Source: Klebsormidium nitens
Taxonomy: Eukaryota; Plantae; Klebsormidiophyceae
Direction: 5' to 3'
Length of the DNA: 52,678 bases
Assembly: GCA_000708835.1 (NCBI GenBank)
Contig: DF237215.1
Span: 66,096-118,773, forward strand
The notes under the pieces are model-generated. The model had not been told where the DNA came from and searched no databases. It worked only from the letters and a program-made list of their open reading frames with translations. This document shows positions 43,121 through 52,678 of the stretch, one piece after another; the first letter of the stretch is position 1, and every line of letters begins with the position of its first letter. The translations under genes were made by a program, and so were the position numbers.

Positions 43121-46100
43121 ATGGCTTCCTCCCCGCCCTGCCGTCTGCAAGCGCTACGAGGGCTGGCCCTCGTGACACTCCTAGTCCTGCAGCTAGGGCA
43201 AACCGCATCCGCATTGAACTCGCGGATAGCGTCCGTGGCAAGCTCCAGGCGGTTGCTGCAGGCAGGCGCAGGGCCCAATCGTGAGCACCTTCGCTTTCGA
43301 GACTTTTCCAGGCCGTACTTGCTAGTTTGTCAAGTAGAAAGGTGGACTCCAACATAGTCCCAGCATTGCTTCTGGTCAATGTGCATTCCAAATGCGTTTC
43401 TTGGTTCATATATATAAGAATGAGTGGCGTCCTGATTGCTGCTAGGTTTGATAAGTAGCTTTCTGAAGGCCCTCCGCTCGTGTGAACGACAAAGAGTATT
43501 TTGGATTAAGAAAGCTGGCGAGCAGGTCCCCCAATACTTGCATGCCACAACTGCAGTTTCAGCGTCTGCAAAGTTGAGAATTTTGATTTTTTGGGGGTCA
43601 GCAGCTTGTGTCTTGAAGTCTCGTCTTTTCCTGTCCAGGCAGTATCTTCGCTATGGAATGTAGATGTGTATGTAAAGGAAGCACAGGAAATGTTAGCATT
43701 AGTGATGTGATCATGTCATCACAAATGACCAGGTCTAGGATTATGGTCCTGGTGTTCATTGCATCAGTTATATGCAGAATACAGGAACAGTCTATCGTTC
43801 ACAACCCGACAAGTTAGATACTTATGTCACCGCTAAAAGAGCTCCAAGGTATTTTGTCAAGGGTCCCCTGACTGGACCAAGTGGAAATGCTTTTAGCAAG
43901 GCAGTCTTTCTGTTATCTGAGGAACTCACTTTCATCGCCTCTACTGTGCAGCGCTCTGCCCCGACGCGGCATTTCCAAATCAGGTAACGTCCCGACACAC
44001 GCTTCAGCAGTTGCATCATTTTTGCTGTCTAGCAAGCAAACTTTGTTGAGAAGCGAGCGCCTCCCCCTCCTCTTTCACAGCCTAATGCCATCCCCACATT
44101 TCTGTACCAGTGCTACAATCCTGCCGGCAGCTCGTACGTCGGCTGCCAAGGGTCATGTGGCGCCTCCGTCAACAACCAGGCCACATGCGCTGACGGCATT
44201 CAAGGGCCTACAAGCAGCACCCCCCCTGCTTCGACTACTCCAAGCAGCGCCCCCCCTTCCTCCACACCAAGCGCCACCCCCCCTTCTTCTACACCAAGCC
44301 CCACCCGCCCCAGTGGCCCCGCTCCTAGTCCTGCACCCGCCCTCCCAAAGCCAACACCGGCAGGTGATATTGGTCGCTTTGTTTGACCAGTGCTTTCCCT
44401 GATTGAGGATCAGGCATAAAGCCACTCTGTACCTGAGGGATAGCTTGTTTTGGACAGCTGCAGGCAGGTTCATATCTTCCACAAACGTGGACAAATTTAA
44501 CCAGAGCGGAACTGAGATGTACATTTGAGCAAGGAAGGAGCAGCCACCTGTGCATTGTATTGCGATTGTCTGAGAAAACCCGTTTGAGTGAGCTGGGAGT
44601 ACGGATCATGATTGAGGAGATGCTTCACCAGTGGTCAGGTAGAAGAGAGCTCCTTGAAGCAGGCCCCATTCACTGCGCATTGAATGTGTCGTTCCCTTTT
44701 TCAGAGAAGCCACCTTTGCCAAAGTAGGCCCCCTTATCTGCAGGTGGTGCGCCAAACTGTCCTTCAGGCCCTTTCCGGAACGCATGCTTCACTCCAAGCG
44801 GGGACGCCTACCTTTGCTGCTCGAGTGCTGGGTGCGGTCCTTCCAACCAAGCCAGCAATACTGCCTCCTGCGCTGACAACAAGTACCTTCCCATTGTCCC
44901 TGCAATCTATACCTTTGGTGAGACTTGACTTCTGCGACTTGACAGTCAAGAGCCACACCTTTCTGGAAGTGAACTTTGAAAAGGACATGAACTTTTCCGA
45001 AGGAAGATGTCAGAAAATGCTTTGGAAGGGGCAACCTTAATGCCTCTCTTTGTATGATTAGCCAGGCCTTTCTATGTCACGCATCAAACACGTACCACAG
45101 CTGATAAGCTTCTAAGGGCCAGGCTTGCTACTTAGTCTCTGAGTCTGCTGGAACGAAGTAGATTAGAGGCACACTTTCTTTATTATCTTCCTGGAATGCG
45201 GATCTGGTTTGCCTACGAGTGGAGGAAGTTCTTCCAAGCCTCCATCTTTGCCTCGCACAACGCCATGCCTTGTACCAGCAAGGGCAGTCTCAGGAAAGCC
45301 AGGTTACTCCTTGATCAGCGGGTTGTCCATGTGTTCCATGCTTTGGCGGGAAGGTAGTGGCTTGGGCTGATTAATTCTTCTTAACTTCGACCAATTTTGA
45401 TTGGAATGCATGTCACACTTGAGTCTTTCAAGTTAGGTTTCGAGATTGTCTCGTCTTATAGTGCTGGCCTTGCTTTCAAGTTGCTTGCTGGCTTGAGTTT
45501 GAACAGTAGCTCGACACGAATTAGTTCAACCTCCTGTCCACAATCATCAGATTCCACCGTGACCTTTGGTTCAGATTGGTAGCGTAGAAGGATGAACAGA
45601 AGTCTTAAGGAAGTAGAACGCTGAGAAACAGACTTTGCAGCAGCCGTTGCTTGACAAAAAATGTCGCGCTGTAAGTGATCCACAGCTGACCACTCTTTCA
45701 TCGGTGGAATCGACCTCACACGGAGCACAACGGGCTAACCAATTCTTTTCCGTGTGCAGGGGACTCTTTGGTGGACGTAGGCAATGGCCCGTATCTTGGC
45801 AATGGGGATGGCCTCCCCTTCCCCCCAAGCCCGCCTTATTTCCCGTAAGCTGGCCCCACAATGATTGATATCAAAACACATGTCGTAGCTTCTAGCAGGT
45901 TCGGAAGGCTTCTAGCTCTGCCTTGACGTAAAATAGAACTCTGTGTCACTTCATCGATTCCTTCTGGATGAGGATGATGGAGGGTGGTCATTTCCGAGCT
46001 TAAAAGACCGGCTCTACTACATGCCGCAAACGAATTCGAAGCCGCTGGCAAAGGGGTAAGAGCAGGGAGGCACTGTGCTCAAATCCACGTCCCACTTGCT

Positions 46101-49100
46101 CAATGGCACAGAACAAAGGAACCCTTAAACGCTTGGCATACTTAAGGAAAGGCTCCGCAGCAGAATAGCCAGAAGTTTGGGGCTCCGCCTCAAAAATGTA
46201 TGCACAGGAGGCCGACAAGTATCCACTTCTCTTTCCTCTGCAGAGGAAACTCCTATTTACTAGGTAGGATAGTTCCGGTTAAAAATCGACAGCTACTGGG
46301 GTATAGGGTAATCTAAATCTTGTACCGCTCCGCAGCCGTACCCTTCCTAAACCCAAATCAACCCCACCCGTTCCCCTGGCCATGACCATATCCTACATAG
46401 CTCTTTGCACAGGAGAAAAGCACATCTAACCAGGCTTGGGTTAGATTCTCTTCTACCGGTTAATGCTGGTCAGATGGTCAAGAACGCGCCATGTAGCGAG
46501 GTTTGGTTAGGAGCGAAACAGTCCTGTTATGCTGCCTAGTAAACTACAGACCTATTTGCAGGAACCGCTTCTCAAATGGCCCCGTCGTGGTGGACTACAT
46601 ATCCGAGTACCTAGGCCTACCGTTCGTTCCCCCCTTCTTGCAACCAGGCGCGAACTTTTTCCGGGGGGCCAACTTCGCCACACAGAGCAGCGGCGCACTC
46701 AACACGACTGGCCCCCCCGGAAGGGTGCTCCCGTTGGCTGCACAGGTGAAAAGAGATTCCGATGCTCGGGGCCGTTGATTCTGTCCCCATCATTTCTACT
46801 TTTGTTGGCTTCGCTTTGACACCGCCTTGTAAAGAATACCGCAGAGAGTGTTGCTTCCCATGCTTGATGCTTGATGTATCTCCGTTCTATGAACAATAAA
46901 CTGTGTGCATAGTAAGGTCTTTGTACCAGGCAAAGACCACTTAAAGGCCTAACCCAAACATTCACGCGTGTCACACCCAAACCGACCCTGAGTACCTCCA
47001 GGTTAACCCCTCCCGTCCCCTTCGCTTATCTTTCATAGAATCAAAACCTTCTCAAGGCCTGTGAGTGCGCCCGGGTTATAGCAGGATGGATCACGCCTGT
47101 GTTAGTTTTCTGCTTTGGACACAGAGGAGCTATTGAATAAGCAGGCTTTGGCGAATCCTACAGAGACCAGCCCTGATTTGGCGGCAGCTATTGCACTCTG
47201 ACGAAGCCAACGAGTCGTCTGCTGTCGTCTGCTCAGGTCGGCAGGCTCTTCCTCGAGTTGAGAGCCAACGCCGCGGCTTTCTACGCAACGCCGGGCGCAC
47301 CGTCAAATCCAAACCCACCCTTCCCCCCGCCGTCCTCGTTCCCCGCCTCCCTGTACGTCATTGTCACGGGCGGAAACGACTTCGGCGACTTCGCCGGCAA
47401 CGCGACGCAGTTCCAGGCGCTGGCGACTGCTTACGTCACCCAGATTGCCGCGAACATCCAGGGTGCGCCGGGGCTGCCAGAGACGTCCTGTCTAACGTGT
47501 TGTCTGAGCACTTCGCATCTTTCTCCCTCTCTGCATCTTTCAGAGAGCATCTCATCTCTGAGCATCTCTCGCCCCATCTTGCATCTCTTTCTCGCATCTC
47601 TGTCTGAGCATCTCTTCGTCTCGAGCAACTCTCGCATCTAAGTTTTGACTGTCGCTTGTTCGTCTTGTGTGCTTCTATATCGTTCGGGTTTGAGAGAAAA
47701 GTTTTGGAGTCATGCAGCCCTTTGTTTCGTTTGCTAGCTGTGCGTTCCGATCATGACCGAGTGTGGCTGCTTTGCGCCTCCCTTGTGTGTGAGGGAGCAC
47801 AAAAGCAAGCACTCACCCAGTCTAAACGGCCTGGAGGGCCCTGTTTCTAGTTCGCTGCACTGTTTCCAGTCTGTGAAAATGCACGTTCGCTTTTTGCAGT
47901 CCGATTCCTCGTACAGCTCGCCTCAAATGAAAGTATCATTTGGCAAATTCGTCGTTGTCTGTGAGCGGCACTTCCTTAGTTGCCCTCACGAAGTTGCATC
48001 TGCCACCCCTGCTTCAAGCCCTTGTTTTGGCTTTCTCCGTGCCTTTCTTCGTACAACATTCTTTGGGGTCTGCCTAGTTGGGTAAGTTTCTCGTTGCCGC
48101 ACATCGCAATACGCACTAATACATGCACTAATACTTTCTGGTGGGCTCCAAAAGAGCTGAATCGGACACGCTTGTCTACACCGTCTCCAGTCCTTTTCAA
48201 GATTGCGCTTGACTGGTCAAAGTCACACTTCGATGCGAATTGCAGATGGTGTTTTTGCCGAAACGTCAGAACATCTTTTGGAACTTGATCCATCAAAGCA
48301 AACATCTCTTCCAGCTTCCGTTCCGACCGAGCGAACGTTCTTGTTGGCCGCTGGTGATGCCCGAGCTGCCAATAACGTGCTGAACGATGCACGAAGCCGA
48401 TTTCCGGCCCAATCAGAAGCTAACCCTTTCCTCTCGGCAGACCCTCTACCTGGCTGGCGCGCGCGTGTTCCTCGTCAGCAACCTCGCCCCGCTCGGCTGC
48501 CTCCCGACCGTCCGCAATTTGTCTCCGGACGCCAGCTGCAACGTCCAGGTCAATCTGGCAATCGCGGGCGTTAATGCCGCCCTCAAGAGCGCTCTGGCTC
48601 AGCTGCGGGGGGCTCTACCGGGGGTCACCATTCTGGAGCTCGACTTGTTTGCTGTACTGGCAACGCCGCTGAACGTGCCCGGTAGGCTGCCCCGACCACT
48701 CTTTCCTGGCCCGTCAAAATTTTCCCTTTGAAATCTTTGTTTATCTCCCTCGCAGAAGGATGCTTGATGGAAGCGATGAATCCTACGCAGGTCGGACAAG
48801 GTGCTGCAAAGTGTTCCTCGATCTTTGAGCGATTTACTTGGTCTGTGCACGACTAGCTAGGTGCAAATAAACGAACAAAGTGCACGCCGTGCCGGATCCC
48901 AAGCTCTCCAACCGTATTGAAAGAAAGTCTTGGAAGCGCGTTGCTTTCCGTCACATCAAGCAGTACCCGTGCGGTTCTTCGCGTTTGCGTCGGACGTGCC
49001 TTGCATCCTTGGGCCTCTTATCTCCACCGTCTGGCCGTGGGTTTCATTTTTCTTCTGGTCGCTCTGAGCCCCAAGTCTCTTCTTAGAAAGCCTGCGCAAT

Positions 49101-49374
49101 CAGCTAGGAATCGTTTTTCCGATTCATTGCAGGCGTCACCAATTTCGGCCAAGCGTGCTGCGGGGCGGGCGGCCCCGCCAATACCGCAATCTTCTGCGCT
49201 TTCCCCGGGTTCACGCTTTGCTCCAACCCCGAAAACTACTTCTTCTTCGACGGCCTCCACGGGACGACTCAAGTGGCTGCGGCGGTTGCGAACGAGGTCA
49301 TCAACGGGAACTCCTTTGTTGCGCCGTCGAATCTGTATCAGACGCTGGTGGCGCCGAAACTAGGCGGCAAGTGA
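43121..49374 (+). CDS. Secreted GDSL (SGNH) esterase/lipase with an N-terminal RRLL, two Cys modules and an S/P/T linker; exons 43121-43280, 43952-43983, 44111-44363, 44744-44917, 45760-45844, 46562-46745, 47237-47461/2, 48441-48681, 49133-49374, ~531 aa
   Basis: IYTF|GDSLVDVGN, RFSNGPVVVDYI, GANFA, YVIVTGGNDF, LY.AGARVFLVSNLAPLGCLP, ACCG, YFFFDGLH; catalytic Ser, Asp and His are present. One junction (47462/48441) is off by 1 nt. Confidence 0.82.
46325..46375. repeat. Copy C of the dispersed C-rich repeat (GDSL gene intron)
   Basis: ccgctccgcagccgtacccttcctaaacccaaatcaaccccacccgttccc aligns with 4015-4065. Confidence 0.6.
46943..47020. repeat. Probable copy D of the dispersed C-rich repeat (GDSL gene intron)
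   Basis: aaaggcctaaccc...cgcg...caccc...ttaacccctcccgtcccc has anchors colinear with copies A and B but is more diverged. Confidence 0.45.
47504..47640. repeat. Pyrimidine-rich intronic minisatellite built on GCATCT
   Basis: About 7-9 GCATCT-like cores within 140 bp. Confidence 0.75.
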
Positions 49375-50037
49375 TGTATCTATCGGCGTCTTAGAGAGCA
49401 AGCAATAATGAGGCCCACGAGTGCCGTACTTTCGATTTTGTCAAAGCTGCAAATCCAACTAGAACATAAGAGCTGAGAGAGAGGGTTCCGGACGCCCAAG
49501 TTGCTTTTGAGGGTTGGGTCAACTGTTATGCAGGAGTTCCTCTTGGCATCAATGGATTATCATAATCTTTGAGCTGGGACATGGTCAAGAGTGCAGCACT
49601 TTACTGATATTGCCTGTAGCTAGTAGTTTCCTCGCCAGTAGTGGATAGGAAAAGACAAGTAGCACAAATTCGGGCTACGCCGAAGACAAGTCGGACATCC
49701 TCCTACATCCATCTTTCAGCCAGTATCAGCAACTAGCACGTACACTCTAGCGTTTTACCAAAATTCTTGTGATCTTACTGCACGCAATTACGACAGAGGC
49801 AGATCAAACCCAGTGCTCGGTACGATTGGGTCTCTAGCCAGATTCATCAAAAAGGTCATGCAGGCCTTTTTTATCTCCTTCCCAGACATCATCATGGGCC
49901 CGCAACCTCCTTGAATGGGCTATTAAGTCGTTCCGTCTTTGAGCGCTTCGGCACACCAGAGTGTGGCGAGCACGATGATTATGGAATCAAACATAACATG
50001 TCCTTGCGCGAATATATACACAGGGAACTTTCGCCGC

Positions 50038-50275
50038 TAACCAGACTCTCTAACCAGGCCCTAACCAGACATGGTTAGCTCGCTAACCATACTTTGGATG
50101 CTTAACCAGACTCACCCACCGCCTGGTTACGGCTAACCAGGGTCTGGTCGGGAGTAGCCAGAGACTGGTGTCTCGTAATCAGAAACTGCTTACACGCGAC
50201 CAGGTCTACAAGGACCCTGGTTAATGGAACCAGAGTCTGGTTACAAGTAACCAGGTTATGGTTGCGGGTTAACCG
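50038..50275. repeat. Array of TAACCAG/CTGGTTA motifs in both orientations
   Basis: Roughly 15-20 exact or near-exact motif copies in ~240 bp, counted by eye. Confidence 0.8.
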
Positions 50276-50835
50276 ACAGCCACTATCTGGTCGAGGACAA
50301 ACGGGCCCTCAACCAGGATCCGGTTTCTCGTTGCACGATTGCAACCAATCTCCGGTGCGGACTTACCAGCCTGAAGGGCATGTGCTTGGTCCAAGTGGTG
50401 TCGGACCGACCGCGCTGCGCTTCGACCGGGCTGTTCGGACAGCCGGGGGCACGAGCGGGGCACGAGCCGGCCGGGGAAGCAGGGGAGTTGCTAGTCGTTG
50501 GCCGCCTTGGTGAACGTACTGGTCGGAGGCATGGGCCCTCAGGTGAACGCACTCGTGCCCGGGGGCTAATTGGCAGCTAGCAGGGTGGTTCTGCCTCTGC
50601 TCGAGGGATGCGGGGTCGTTGAAAAGGACCACGCTCTAAGCTCACACCATGGTAGTCACTTCTGTTGATCAAGACACATAAGAGCAACGAGTAAGATAGG
50701 ACTCGAGACATATTGTACTGTGATCTTCAGTTCTTGTCTGACACGCTCTTGGCAGGAGAAAGTCTGCACAAGTTTTGAACGCACACGATCGTCGTGGTCC
50801 GGAAAGTGATCAATCTTATCGAGTCCCCCTTGCAG

Positions 50836-51540
50836 GGCCTGTTCCGAGCCCCTCAAGACGAGTCACAAGACGCCGAAGCACGGTCTGATCTACCACGCCT
50901 CGTTCATTGAGCAGGCTCCGCCCAAGTACAAGGGCAGATTCTCGTATCTTCGCGGCCAAGTGTATGCTGTCCATTAGGGTGGATGCGCTGGGGGAGTCGG
51001 CCGATGCCACGATTGGGATGGAGAACAGGTGAGGGGTCTTTTCATTCTGGGTCAGTTTCACCAACTTGCTTAGATCGTCAGCCACGGATCAGCACTCCGG
51101 TTGTGTCAAGTCAAGGCGTCCGTTGCGAAGTGATTCAGTGGCAGGAAGCGGTTCGCACAGCCAGTGCCGATGGATCGTGTGAGTTCGGCCCGAAAATACA
51201 CCACGTACTTAAGAATCTGCTACTGTTCAAGGTCCGTTCAGCCCCGTTGAAATCGCGATGAGGTCGAGAGCGCCAAAAGGTGGTCTATTGTGTGCTCCTG
51301 TGCGTTCGGCTCGGGCAAAGCCATTCTTCTTCTCAAAGTTCTTTGAGAAGGAGACGGAGAATCGAAGAAGTACATTCCGAAGATTAATTTCTGAAGGGGA
51401 AGAGAGTTGGAGAAAACTTCATGCCTTCGTCTCCTCAGGCATAAGCTTGGTGGAATCGACGGTTGCGGCAGCTGAAGGGCAAGGCTGACGGACGGTGGAC
51501 TATTGGGAACAACTAGTCCGCCTCCAAGTACGATGCCATC
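50836..51540 (+). pseudogene. NOP58: Frameshifted two-exon fragment of a NOP58/NOP56-family (box C/D snoRNP) gene
   Basis: With frameshifts it reads AG|.LFRA/LKTSHKTPKHGLIYHASFIEQAPPKYKGR/SRIFAAKCMLSIRVDALGESADATIGMENR|gtgagg, then at 51439 AG|..VES/RLRQLKGK. This matches the recalled NOP domain C-terminus (ALFRALKT.H.TPKYGLIYHAS..G.A.PK.KGKISR.LAAK..LAIRVDALG). Not in the ORF track. Confidence 0.8.
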
Positions 51541-52678
51541 ATGCCAAGAGGAAGCCTGGCGCAGAGCGCTCCTGACGGCAGCAAAGGTCAGCGTGACGTC
51601 GTCACCTCGTTGGGATCTGCCTGCATCTTTCTGAAGACTGTGCCCGGGTTCCGTCGTGAGGCGGAACGTAGGGTTGTCCGAAGCTTGCTTTCTCTTTTGA
51701 TATCCTGCCAGGAGTGGAACAGCCACTTCCTCTATTGACTTCCTGCAGAGGTTGGGAAGTATGGAAAGAAAAGAGCGCCAGGTCCCCAGCAGATGCTGGC
51801 GTCTATCTAAAATTTTCAAATTGCATTCCCCCCCGACTCAAAGATCTGGTTGCTCAAGCAAGTAAGATGCCGTCGAGGTGAGCACTTATGATTCTCAAAG
51901 CCGCAAGCATGAATTCAACGGTCCCAGCAAATGGACTGCCAAACTTTGCCTCCGGCCCATCCGGCCCAGGAGTTATAAGGATTATAACCCTGACACATTT
52001 GTTCTGCTCTTTCTGTTGTGATCAGTTTTACAGCCGCCTGTCGTGTGTCGTTCACCTTTCCACTCAATCTGTTTGCCACTTAGAGGGGACTGCTAGGCTT
52101 TTGTGAGTCGTTCCTCTTCTGAGTAAGCACTATATACTCGTAGCTACGGTTCCGCCCGTTTCGTTTGCGTAGGTATGTCGAGGTCAGAACTCGGCGGCGT
52201 TTCGTTTGAGATTGAGGTCAGAAGTTGGTAGACATACCAGAGCCAATCCAAATGCTGCCTCTCAGATTCATGGTCAACAAAATAAGCGGGCCTTTTGCCC
52301 TTCTTTTGCAGATTCAAAAGGCAGAACCTATCAACCATTTGATCAGATATTTGTACTATAACGAGTGTATCGAAGTGCTTGTTCTTATGCTCTGATTGCC
52401 CGTTGTGTAGATCAAAGGGAGTCAACGAAGAGCTCCATGCTGAGATCCAGAAACAGAAGGGCAAGCTGATTCATTCGACTCGCACGATTTGGCCACCGCA
52501 ATGAAGGTGAGATGCAGCGACTCCAACTACTTTTACCGTTGAGCTATACATATAGAGTAGAAGCAACAGCCACAGAATCCAGGTGCTTAAAACAGTGCCA
52601 GCCGAACGGACAAACGAACGTTTTCAACGGCATGTCTCCATGCCTATTCACAGGGCGTTTCTGCAGTCAACCGGGCCT

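Noticed and set aside
51029-51438. Intronic box C/D snoRNA in the NOP58 fragment
   Set aside because: No good RTGATGA box C paired with a terminal CTGA and stem was seen.
50656-51819. Minus-strand ORFs of 66-193 aa as a separate gene or gag
   Set aside because: They have no recognisable motifs and partly lie antisense to the NOP58 fragment.
1-52678. rRNA or tRNA genes
   Set aside because: No cloverleaf with A/B boxes and no conserved rRNA segments were recognised by eye. tRNAscan-SE and Infernal would be decisive.

Overview
Intron-rich eukaryotic nuclear DNA. Plant-type genes together with a centriolar-type gene suggest a streptophyte green alga such as Klebsormidium (inference). Eight spliced protein-coding genes were reconstructed by hand with intron phases checked: phosphoribosylanthranilate isomerase (GC-AG intron), an AHL/HAL2-like PAP phosphatase, MSH7, two head-to-head secreted hydroxyproline-rich-type chimeric proteins, a PMP22/Mpv17 protein, a CCDC57-like coiled-coil protein and a secreted GDSL esterase. 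The window also holds a frameshifted NOP58-like fragment, MITE-like elements (one nested pair) and several local repeats. The main candidate for an undescribed system is a ~45-aa Cys-rich module present 7 times in three secreted proteins. It is mostly bounded by phase-1 introns and joined through Pro/Thr/Ser stalks to three unrelated domains: a bacterial-type choice-of-anchor L domain, an unnamed bacterial-like domain and a GDSL esterase. All three proteins carry an R[RK]LL processing-type motif. Several key exons are absent from the supplied ORF track. Family names come from recalled motifs; no database search was run.
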